The notes beneath the pieces were generated by a model, which saw nothing but the letters and a program-made list of their open reading frames with translations, did not search any database and was not told the origin of the DNA. Source: an uncultured virus (IMG/VR IMGVR_UViG_3300020036_006490) (taxonomy: Duplodnaviria; Heunggongvirae; Uroviricota; Caudoviricetes; Crassvirales). From it: 64,000 bases of DNA. Position 1 is the first letter of the stretch, and each line of letters starts with the position of its first letter. The translations under genes were made by a program, and so were the position numbers. The stretch lies in IMG/VR virus record IMGVR_UViG_3300020036_006490, one strand, 5' to 3'. Positions 40,637 to 49,294 of this stretch are shown piece by piece.

Positions 40637-41215
40637 TTATACTACGTCTGAGATATCTGGTTTACTAGAAGCATCGGACTGAGAGTTCGCATGCATTCTA
40701 CTTAGCTCGGATGGTTTGAATGTAAGTTTAGGAGCTTGTCCATCTACATACGGTTCCAAATAACCCACGTACCTAGAGATATCTGGATATTTACCATCCA
40801 TAGTTTTTATAACTTTCAGATTTACGAATTTCGTGTTGGTATATGGCATAAGCAATGTTCGAATTGCTGTAGCAGTAGATTTGAGATCGCTAATCGGAAT
40901 ATTGGAAGCGGTCTCTACGCCCACCATATTCTTGGCTAAATCTAACAAATGATATAATGCTTCATGGATTCGTAGCTCATACGTTTCCTGCACGGACATT
41001 CCTTCTTTAGCTGTGGTTTTAGCCATATCAGGAATCCATAAACGTTTGTTTATAGTAGCGCCATTGGCAGGGTCCTCAAATAGTATATCGACATAAGTGT
41101 CAGTTATCTCAATATCTTTGAGCTTAATCTTCGAATGTATTCCTGATGGAATTTTGCTAGATCCTCCAGAGTTCATTTTGTCAAAAAGATCTTTACCAAA
41201 TAAATTTGTTTGCAT
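40637..41215 (-). CDS. Putative ssDNA-binding/replication accessory protein
   Basis: IPSGIH..KLKDIE start with an acidic tail, located between the AAA ATPase and the primase. Function is inferred from context. Confidence 0.4.
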   Translation of the reverse strand: MQTNLFGKDLFDKMNSGGSSKIPSGIHSKIKLKDIEITDTYVDILFEDPANGATINKRLWIPDMAKTTAKEGMSVQETYELRIHEALYHLLDLAKNMVGVETASNIPISDLKSTATAIRTLLMPYTNTKFVNLKVIKTMDGKYPDISRYVGYLEPYVDGQAPKLTFKPSELSRMHANSQSDASSKPDISDVV

Positions 41216-41231
41216 AACGTTGTGGTTTTTT

Positions 41232-41249
41232 AAACGTTATATTCGGATA
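41232..41249 (-). promoter_or_regulatory. Conserved upstream motif TATCCGAATATAACGTTT (copy before the 40637..41215 gene)
   Basis: 17/18 identical to the copy at 42766-42783. Related copies start at 36244, 37357, 45248 and 51266. Confidence 0.6.
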
Positions 41250-42753
41250 TTAGGCATAATATTCATTAGCCTTATTAATTACAAAGTCAAGGTCATTGGG
41301 AATTTCTATATCATCAAACATACCCATTGGACTTTTCCCTGGGTGTGTATCTGTTGTATTAGTTACAAATGTATAATCAGCTTTCTTAGCTACAGGATCA
41401 TAATTAACTTTAGTATATAAGATACAAGTTAGGTTTTCTTCTGGAGAAAACTTTTCCTTAATCATTTTACCACCAAGTTTAATTTCTTTAGTTATACCAT
41501 AACCATCTTTCATTTCCATATTTTCGTGAAACATGAAGACTATATTTAAATCTTCTCTACAGTTTTTAGCTGCTTGCATTATTTGAAAGAAATGGTTAGC
41601 CATATCAGAAAATTTGCTATCCGTGTGTATTTCTACATACGATGGACTATATCTTAACTTTGATTTTGTCTTACTTTTTGATTTATAATTTTTTCAATAT
41701 CCCAACCTTTATGTTTTCTATCGACAATATTTAATATAGGTATACCAGACATTTCAGATAATTCTGTCAAAGTATATGATTGTCCTTTATAGTGATATAA
41801 TTTATTAAATGGATCTTTTTGAATTGCTTGTTCAAATGTTAATCCACTTCTTGTGATTCTACCATACAAAGTATTGTATTTTATACCTAACTCTTTTGCC
41901 CAAGTTTTTAACGTCTGCGTCTTATTTTTATAAGTGATAAAAACATTGTGATTTATTTTATTATTAGCTTGAGTATATTTATCCGCCCATCTACAATTAT
42001 CTTTAGTATAATTTCCATTACCATCTATTCTGTCTATGGAACATCCTTCCGGACATATTCCCATATCTTCTATAAAATTTTTAAATGAATTCCACCGTAT
42101 ATCAACTTGTATATTATGTAATTGGTAATAAGTGTTACTAAAGCATGTTGAATTACATCGAGCTCTTAAAGCTTTCCATATTCTATACTCTCTGGGATAT
42201 TGTTTTTTAAATGATTCTTTCATTGTACACATTGTTATTATTTTCAAAGTTCCCTCCGTTTCGGCTTAATAAGCCTACGTCTTACGACTAGTCTCTGAAC
42301 GTTTCCCATTTTACAAGGACTTCGCTGCTGATTGTCTAATATTAATAGTTTTTAAACATTCACGATTACAGTTTTCTGTTGCGTTGTAGTCTATTAATCT
42401 TAAAGAGTTTCCAGCAATTAGAAGGGTTTATACAGAGCATAGCATTAATACCCTGCTTCATTAGAACGTTTAAATTCTTCTATGAACATAGTATAACCTA
42501 CATCTTCTAGTACCACAGTTTTAATATCTGGTCTATCTGAAGATATCTTTTGCAAGATGGTTATAATTTGATCGTAACTAGAAATGTCAGCTAGATTTTT
42601 GGCTTCTTTATTGTATAATTTTTCGCTGCCCTTGAAGGGTAAAGCTTTACCTAATACGTTGATGATATATGTGGATTTGGGATCGAGGGTTCTAATCGAG
42701 GTAGATTTCCCTGACCCAGATTTGCCCACTATCCCTATGAGACGTTTGTTCAT
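41250..42753 (-). CDS. AAA-family P-loop ATPase (AAA_24/Sak4-like); exons 42753-42450 and 41620-41250, 224 aa after splicing
   Basis: GKSGSGKST in exon 1. Splicing restores ..NEAG-Y-SKFSDMANHF.. in frame (304+371 nt). Confidence 0.85.
41621..42449 (-). mobile_element. Group I self-splicing intron (829 nt)
   Basis: Core elements on the minus strand: P AATTGCTGGAAA, Q AATCAGCAG, R GTTCAGAGACTA, S AAGATATAGTCC. The 5' exon ends in U paired with the IGS G (GCAGGGU/GCUAUGC). Terminal G at 41621. P10 is UGCUAU/AUAGCA. Confidence 0.92.
41654..42247 (-). CDS. Intron-encoded HNH homing endonuclease
   Basis: YRIWKALRARC..SIDRIDGNGNYTKDNCRWA..QANN followed by repeated HTH-like segments. Lies between intron elements R and S. 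Confidence 0.85.
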   Translation of the reverse strand: MKIITMCTMKESFKKQYPREYRIWKALRARCNSTCFSNTYYQLHNIQVDIRWNSFKNFIEDMGICPEGCSIDRIDGNGNYTKDNCRWADKYTQANNKINHNVFITYKNKTQTLKTWAKELGIKYNTLYGRITRSGLTFEQAIQKDPFNKLYHYKGQSYTLTELSEMSGIPILNIVDRKHKGWDIEKIINQKVRQNQS

Positions 42754-42765
42754 TTAGCATTATTA

Positions 42766-42783
42766 AAACGCTATATTCGGATA
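42766..42783 (-). promoter_or_regulatory. Conserved upstream motif TATCCGAATATAGCGTTT (copy before the AAA ATPase)
   Basis: CCGAA core ends 23 nt from the ATG at 42753, the same spacing as in other copies. Confidence 0.6.
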
Positions 42784-42861
42784 AATAAAGCCAAAGTGTA
42801 GAATACACTTACGACTTTAAGAAATTCAAAGAATTCCATTTTAGTTTTATTTTTGAGTTAA

Positions 42862-44688
42862 CTAATATTCGAGTATTCTCGAATGTTTAAAGTTATCTAC
42901 CATCATCAGGATTTGCGATGAGGAGAATCTAGATTTTAATATGTGCCAATATATCATGGCTTGTTGTGGATCTTTAGGATTAAAAACAGGTAATCCATAA
43001 ACATATTCTGATCCTCGTGGTGGCCCATAATAGACACCTATTCCTTCTATTACTGCCGGTTTATGAGTGACAATAACGTAGTCCGAACAATAGTAGGCAG
43101 CACTAGATGCGAATAGGTCATTCTTATTAGGATACTGTAACATAGGATTTGTAATTCTTTCCGATTTTTCAATATCTCGGTTGAGCTGGGATAATACTAT
43201 AAAGATACACTTTAAATTGATAGTCTCAAAATATTTTTTTAATTGTATTAGAGTCTTATAAAGTTTATCTATTATTTGTTTCTCAGCATCTTCATTAACA
43301 GCTCCTTTAACAAGCAAACTATGGTCGAAAGTACATACAAAACCTTTTCCTTTGGAAGCTAGTTGATTTTCTTGTACAAAGTTTAAAATCGTACTGACTA
43401 TCTCTTCCACAGTGCCTACATCATCTACGATGTATATAGGATAATATTTCATTTTGTCCGCCTCTGTGCTTATTTTGGTGTACTGTGCATCTGTTAATTT
43501 AGATCCCGCAGAATACAATTCTTTTGTAGACAATTCAACCTTAGACGATATGTCTCTAGCTACTTGATCTACACCTAGCATTTCCATCTCGAAAGATAAG
43601 ATATCAAATTCCTGATCCTTGTTATAGTCCACTATATCACGTTTGATCTGAGAGAGCATTAAGCTCTTTCCTGAGTTATGTACTACGATTCCATTAGCAA
43701 TAAAATTATTGTAAGGAGCATTACACATAATATCATATGTTTCTTCTACTCCACACGATTCAATTGATATAATTTTATCGTATTCAATAGTATACATATT
43801 ATTCCTTAGTATTAAATGCTCTAGAGCATGTTCTTTCTTTGAAAGCAACTCTAAGTTATCAATAGAATTATTAGAAGTATTTCCATCTTTATGGTGAATT
43901 TCCATAGAACTATCTGAAAATATAAGATTTGAAGGATTATTAATACATTCTATTAGAAAGTCCTTTATATTTGTAAAACCGTTTAAATAGGCATCATACA
44001 CAGCACGTTGTTCTAAACATTCTGCATAAACATTATTATTTATAATTTTTAATCGAGCATTCGGATAATTAAAAAACTTTCCTGTAATACTTTTTCTATA
44101 ATGACTCTTTTTAGGTTTTATTTTACTTTTGAATCTAGATACTAAAAGATCTCCAATATGTAAATCAGATAGTGATTTATAGTGTTCTTCTGATTTATTT
44201 CCTATATGTGTTAAAAATTTATGATCTTTAGTAGCCTTTATTTTTTTACCAGATTCTGTAGTAATTTCAAATACTTCCTTCTTTCCGCTAAAAATAACAG
44301 CATTAATTTGTGTTTTCCCAATTGTATTTAAATCTTCTTTATAACATTTGATATAAGATGGAATTTTTTTATTCCATTTACCATTTCCAGTAAATAAAAG
44401 ATTATATTTTTCATATAATTCTTTTATCGTATACTTTCTAGAACTACTTCTTTTTCCTCTATTAACTTCAATAATAGTATCTGCAGATAGACATCCTGAT
44501 AATCCGGCAATGGTTATAATTCTATTCCACTCCAAGCCTTCAAATAGGGCATCATTTAGTTTTTTAAACGAAGTTTTTAAAGAGGGTGCTTCACCCTTCA
44601 TTCTTTTCTTTATAAATACTTTAGCATCATCTATTTTTTTAGAATAATGAGCCACTGGTAAACTCGGCTTAAATGAATTCTTTTCCAT
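42862..44688 (-). CDS. dnaB: DnaB-like replicative helicase interrupted by an intein (mature ~335 aa)
   Basis: Walker A AGLSG|SGKS is split by the intein. SFEM, FDH and LSQLNRDIE are DnaB motifs. Confidence 0.9.
   Translation of the reverse strand: MEKNSFKPSLPVAHYSKKIDDAKVFIKKRMKGEAPSLKTSFKKLNDALFEGLEWNRIITIAGLSGCLSADTIIEVNRGKRSSSRKYTIKELYEKYNLLFTGNGKWNKKIPSYIKCYKEDLNTIGKTQINAVIFSGKKEVFEITTESGKKIKATKDHKFLTHIGNKSEEHYKSLSDLHIGDLLVSRFKSKIKPKKSHYRKSITGKFFNYPNARLKIINNNVYAECLEQRAVYDAYLNGFTNIKDFLIECINNPSNLIFSDSSMEIHHKDGNTSNNSIDNLELLSKKEHALEHLILRNNMYTIEYDKIISIESCGVEETYDIMCNAPYNNFIANGIVVHNSGKSLMLSQIKRDIVDYNKDQEFDILSFEMEMLGVDQVARDISSKVELSTKELYSAGSKLTDAQYTKISTEADKMKYYPIYIVDDVGTVEEIVSTILNFVQENQLASKGKGFVCTFDHSLLVKGAVNEDAEKQIIDKLYKTLIQLKKYFETINLKCIFIVLSQLNRDIEKSERITNPMLQYPNKNDLFASSAAYYCSDYVIVTHKPAVIEGIGVYYGPPRGSEYVYGLPVFNPKDPQQAMIYWHILKSRFSSSQILMMVDNFKHSRILEY
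43675..44493 (-). mobile_element. Intein (273 aa) with an HNH endonuclease domain
   Basis: Starts CLSADT, block B ATKDHKF, ends NNFIANGIVVHN followed by Ser+1. Internal EIHHKDGNTSNNSIDNLELL..EH is an HNH motif. Confidence 0.92.
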
Positions 44689-45235
44689 ATTCTGAGAATG
44701 TTGTATTATTTTCAGATATAGAAGAACTCAATAGATATGTTTCGTTAGTCAACCATGTAACTGGTGACTGTAGATATGATAACTGATTCTCTTTAACGGA
44801 ATTCTTTTTTCTAAAATCTACTTCTTTTTGTAAAGCAAGTAGTAAAAATTCTGGTGTTACTGCCTTTTTATTTACGGCATTCATATATAGAGCTTTAGCT
44901 TTAGCTTTTGATCCAGTTCTAATTAATCTTCTAGCTCCGTAATTACCGTGAGCATCGTTAGCTGGAAAGTTATTCCACCAGTTTTCAAATTCGGTATCAA
45001 TATTATCATTGTTTTTTTCTGTAAAGAATATCTCTTTACATAATTGAGTACCTTCTCTAGTAATGTTCCGTGAAGCTGTTAAAAATTTATTTAAGATTAG
45101 TTGGTCATATTCCTCAGCAGCAGGTCTATAATGAGTTAGTGATTTTGTTCCTGTACATTTACAGTACAATATCAAAGCTTGATCTAATGTCAAATTGTAT
45201 AGAATTATCTTATCTAAGATAAATTCGTCAATCAT
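44669..45235 (-). CDS. Putative replication initiator/helicase loader
   Basis: FENWWNNFP...YLQSPVTWL is a phage replisome-organiser-like C-terminal pattern. Directly upstream of dnaB. Confidence 0.5.
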   Translation of the reverse strand: MIDEFILDKIILYNLTLDQALILYCKCTGTKSLTHYRPAAEEYDQLILNKFLTASRNITREGTQLCKEIFFTEKNNDNIDTEFENWWNNFPANDAHGNYGARRLIRTGSKAKAKALYMNAVNKKAVTPEFLLLALQKEVDFRKKNSVKENQLSYLQSPVTWLTNETYLLSSSISENNTTFSEYGKEFI

Positions 45236-45262
45236 GTATTTGTATTATAATTGTATTTTCGG

Positions 45263-46282
45263 TTAAAGTATCAATTTTGTTTGAATATTTTTTAGAGGAA
45301 TAATACCTTCTTTCAATAGTTCATAAACACGTTTTGAAGCCTTATAAGCTAGCACTTCTGGAGGATGGTCTTTAGAAATATCATCTACTGTAGATATAAT
45401 TTGTGCTTCATTTTTATTTTTATATACTTTATAAATAGCATATCCTCGACCATTTGTGCTAACATTTATATAAATATCTTGTATTGGATGTTTAATTATG
45501 ACTTCATTTTTAGGATCATGTGAAGATAAAGCACATATCCTGCAATATATTTTAGGCTTGTATTGCTCTATAGGATTGTCTGTAAATTGTGTTAAATCAT
45601 TAATTAATTCTGTGCCACATACTTCGCAGTTGGGTCTATCTATCAGGTTTCTACATCCAGGATACTTTTTATAGAAACAAGCAGGACATGCATGTTTACC
45701 TTTTGTATGTAAAGTACATCTAGAGTTATATTCATGATTAGCTATAGGATATCTGTTACTACAATTTGTACAAGTATCTGTATAGCCAATATGATTTGTC
45801 AATGTGGTGTTGTGACTTAACAAATAATCGTTGCATCTATCACAAACTTTAACAATACCTCCATAACTATGTAAGGAATCTCCTGAAGGAATTTCTAAAT
45901 CCCATGGGACACCTATAAACGAGTTTGCACAGAATATACAACAGTCTGATTTCTTTCCACCTTCTAGATAATCAAATTTGTCTACGGGTAGGAAAAATAA
46001 TTCTGAATAATCTCTTAGATTTTGTAATCTTTTCTTTTCCACATTAAAATTTAATTCTATTTGTCCCCGCACTAAATGATTTTCAATAGCATTATGACAA
46101 TCTAAACATTTGAATGTATTCTGCTCTGGACCATTATCGGAGCTGGTAAAAGGCATACTATCATGCTCCATCCCACAGAATACGCAAAACATTGCATCTG
46201 GACCGTCTGGAAAATAACGATCGATATCTTCAGGAATTACATTATCCTGAAGATATTTTTCTAATCTATGTGATAAAGTCAT
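45263..46282 (-). CDS. Cys-rich multi-zinc-finger protein
   Basis: Eight CxxC pairs (CVFC, CLDC, CIFC, CDRC, CTNC, CPAC, CEVC, CRIC). Confidence 0.65.
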   Translation of the reverse strand: MTLSHRLEKYLQDNVIPEDIDRYFPDGPDAMFCVFCGMEHDSMPFTSSDNGPEQNTFKCLDCHNAIENHLVRGQIELNFNVEKKRLQNLRDYSELFFLPVDKFDYLEGGKKSDCCIFCANSFIGVPWDLEIPSGDSLHSYGGIVKVCDRCNDYLLSHNTTLTNHIGYTDTCTNCSNRYPIANHEYNSRCTLHTKGKHACPACFYKKYPGCRNLIDRPNCEVCGTELINDLTQFTDNPIEQYKPKIYCRICALSSHDPKNEVIIKHPIQDIYINVSTNGRGYAIYKVYKNKNEAQIISTVDDISKDHPPEVLAYKASKRVYELLKEGIIPLKNIQTKLIL

Positions 46283-47471
46283 GCTTAATAGAATTTACCC
46301 ATTGTGAAGAAATATTTTTAGTACGATTAGTAACCCAAATCATTTCTTGTGTATTATCACAAGCTAGATTTATCATTACAGGTGTTTTACCTTCTTTGTA
46401 TCTGTTAATACGTCCTATCATTTGTATACCAACTAATTCTGTTGAAACCCCAGATGCACATATTGCAGCATCCAAGTCTGGTAAGTTATATCCTACATTT
46501 AAAGCTTCAGCAGATACTAAAACTTTATACTTAGGGTCTGAAATAGTGGCTAAAACTGCAGCCCTATCGTTATCTTTCATATTAGAGTGGTACGCTAGTG
46601 TAAGAATACCTTCAGAATTCAGCATTTGTGCTAAATCTTCTACAAATTTAATTTCTTTTGAAAATACTATCCATTTTTTATCTGGAAACTTTTTTATTAA
46701 ATCAATGCATACTTTCTTTTTAGATTCTGCTCTATAGCAAACCCATTTACGCATAGACATTGATGACCAGTAAGCTTTTCCTACTTTGTGTAATGGATGA
46801 TTAATTGTTCTAGAAGCATCTGCAGCTAAATCAAATACATCCATATCTTGATATAGAGTATTATTTTTAATTGTTTGTGCTAATTCGATTCTAGCTTTCT
46901 CAAACATCTTATTATATATAACGTATCTTGCACGTTCTCCAGCATTAAGTTTAACTTTTAAATTAAACACTTGGAAAGCAGGAACAATTTCTTGTGCTAC
47001 ACATTCAGCTAGAGATATACTAAAGAATACTGGAAGACGTTCTAATAGAACATCTAAATGATGTTCGTTATGCTCTGGTAGAGTTGCTGTTAAGCCTAAC
47101 ATATAGTCACAAGGAATATCTAAAACTTTCCCATGAACATCAGATAAAGCCATATGGACTTCATCTATAATAATAAGATCATAATGATCTTCAAATTTAT
47201 ATGCAGTTTGTTTGCATTCAATTGTAATATTTAACTTTCCTAAGCCGAGTAATTTAATTTCAGCTGGCCAACTATCATCTTTAAGAACCGTAGTAGGAGT
47301 AACTATTAAGCAAGACTTAATATCTTTAGACTTAAATAAGTTTTCAGCAATCTGTAAAGCTACTCTAGTCTTACCAACTCCTGTTGGAAGCACAATAGTA
47401 CTCCTACTAGGTTTCTCTTTAATGTATTTGGTAATAATTTTTTCTTGTAATTCGGATTTCTTATCCATCAT
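46266..47471 (-). CDS. Superfamily 2 (DExH, ResIII/UvsW-like) helicase; start probably ~47471
   Basis: LPTGVGKT, IIIDEVH, GLTAT, LNVGYNLP and QMIGRINR. Confidence 0.85.
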   Translation of the reverse strand: MMDKKSELQEKIITKYIKEKPSRSTIVLPTGVGKTRVALQIAENLFKSKDIKSCLIVTPTTVLKDDSWPAEIKLLGLGKLNITIECKQTAYKFEDHYDLIIIDEVHMALSDVHGKVLDIPCDYMLGLTATLPEHNEHHLDVLLERLPVFFSISLAECVAQEIVPAFQVFNLKVKLNAGERARYVIYNKMFEKARIELAQTIKNNTLYQDMDVFDLAADASRTINHPLHKVGKAYWSSMSMRKWVCYRAESKKKVCIDLIKKFPDKKWIVFSKEIKFVEDLAQMLNSEGILTLAYHSNMKDNDRAAVLATISDPKYKVLVSAEALNVGYNLPDLDAAICASGVSTELVGIQMIGRINRYKEGKTPVMINLACDNTQEMIWVTNRTKNISSQWVNSIKHDFIT

Positions 47472-48213
47472 AGTCATTAATACATGTATCGCATATACCC
47501 ATTTCAATGTGAGCGAAATTAGAGTTACATACAGTACATATAGTATATTCGGATTCGTGTTCTTCACAAATACCATTTGCATTTGCAGTATTATGACATC
47601 GAGGAATTATACATTCTGGCGGCCTATTTCTAGCAGCACAATTTTCACAATATCCTCTAAAATCTGTGTAAATTTTCATACAAATATCCCCACAATTAGT
47701 ACAGATAACTGATTCTTTACAAATATCACATTCTGCAGAGTTGTCATCGCTATAAAAGAAACTACCACATTTTACACATCTTTTTGTACAAAGCCTGCAT
47801 GTAGATTGTTCTGGAGAACTTGGTAAAAATATCTCCTGACAAGATTCACAAGTATCCAAATCAGTTTGATTTGCATTGCAACAATCTTCACAAATTGTTC
47901 TACCATTAAATGGTACTTGTAACGTGTATTTTACACCACAATTATCACAAGTATGCAAATCTTCTTGTTTTTGTAAATCTAAATTTCTTTTAAAGGCTAA
48001 ACAATCTTCACATAATAGTGAACCTTTGTATTCATGTAAAGATTCGTAAGGATAATGAACAGATTTGCTACAATTATCACAAACTTTTGAGCAAGTTTCA
48101 CACACTTCTCCAGCTATTGGTACTATTGAAGTATGACATATAGGACATCTAAATTTAGGACAATCCGGACTTGTACATTTACCGATAGTATGAGATTCGC
48201 AATTGTCACCCAA
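47461..48213 (-). CDS. Tandem zinc-ribbon (CxxC repeat) protein
   Basis: More than a dozen CxxC pairs in 250 aa. TTG start is uncertain. Confidence 0.6.
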   Translation of the reverse strand: MGDNCESHTIGKCTSPDCPKFRCPICHTSIVPIAGEVCETCSKVCDNCSKSVHYPYESLHEYKGSLLCEDCLAFKRNLDLQKQEDLHTCDNCGVKYTLQVPFNGRTICEDCCNANQTDLDTCESCQEIFLPSSPEQSTCRLCTKRCVKCGSFFYSDDNSAECDICKESVICTNCGDICMKIYTDFRGYCENCAARNRPPECIIPRCHNTANANGICEEHESEYTICTVCNSNFAHIEMGICDTCINDYDG

Positions 48214-48236
48214 TTCACAATGGAAACTGGGTGTCG

Positions 48237-49286
48237 TTAGTTTCCCACTTCAGCTATCTTTGGTAAAGTAAGACCAAAACCTTCACCATTTCTAGTCGAA
48301 GCTGCAAATAGGTTATAAATCTTCTTACGCAATTCTATTTTCTCTGCCTTTTTAGCGTCTGCAGGAAGTTTATGAGAAGTTCTATCAAATTCTTCAATCT
48401 TTTCAACCATTGCTGCAATATTAGAACTTAAACGAGCTTTTGCTCCAGTTTCTAATGCATTGTGAATATTGTGTGCAGCTGTAATTTTAGACTTCTCTAC
48501 ATCTTCAGCTAAAGAACCATTTGAGTATCTCTTGACAAGCTTTGTAATAGGATCTTTACTATCCTTAGAATTATCGTTCTTATTTTTATCTCCTTTATCT
48601 TCTTTCTTATCTTCTTTTTTAGCTTCTTTCTTATTGTAAATTATAAAAGCTCCATCCAGTACAACTAGAAAATAGTGAGCAAATGTTACATAGATTGAAG
48701 TAATCATAGGGTATTGCATAGCACCAGACGGTGAGAACATTGGCGATAACCCTATACTTTGATAATATGACGACATGTCATTAAATGGATTTAAATCCAA
48801 GATGTATAAACTTAATAATTGAGTCTGTTTTAGACCATTTGCAATTAGCAATACATTTATATATGGTAGCGCGATTGTTCCGAATACTGCCATAATAAAT
48901 ATAAACAAGGTAGCTGCTCGCTTTTTATTCTCTTTAGCAAATAAATCTGCAAAGAATGTTGGTAACATCAAACCACAAGTTATGGCAGCAATTGCTATAA
49001 CCATATGGGACAATATCCTAGCTAGAGGATTCACTTGTACTTCTCCTGAAGGAGTAATTGAAGCAGCCATAAGAGCTTCAGCAAAATTTATTATAAAACA
49101 AGTTATAATAAATACAGAAACTTTCTCTCTAAGAAACAAGTTATTCACTATGTCTCCGAAAGTAAGTTCTGGATTCTTTTTTATTAGTGTTCTAGCCCAC
49201 CATATAACGCCAAGTAGCATAGCTAAACCTAGCATGATGATAGTGGAATAACTGGTCACTACACCTTGAACATCTTGATTATCCAT
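48237..49286 (-). CDS. Polytopic membrane protein with a charged C-terminal domain
   Basis: About five hydrophobic segments followed by a K/D/E-rich linker. Confidence 0.65.
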   Translation of the reverse strand: MDNQDVQGVVTSYSTIIMLGLAMLLGVIWWARTLIKKNPELTFGDIVNNLFLREKVSVFIITCFIINFAEALMAASITPSGEVQVNPLARILSHMVIAIAAITCGLMLPTFFADLFAKENKKRAATLFIFIMAVFGTIALPYINVLLIANGLKQTQLLSLYILDLNPFNDMSSYYQSIGLSPMFSPSGAMQYPMITSIYVTFAHYFLVVLDGAFIIYNKKEAKKEDKKEDKGDKNKNDNSKDSKDPITKLVKRYSNGSLAEDVEKSKITAAHNIHNALETGAKARLSSNIAAMVEKIEEFDRTSHKLPADAKKAEKIELRKKIYNLFAASTRNGEGFGLTLPKIAEVGN

Positions 49287-49294
49287 TGTGAATG

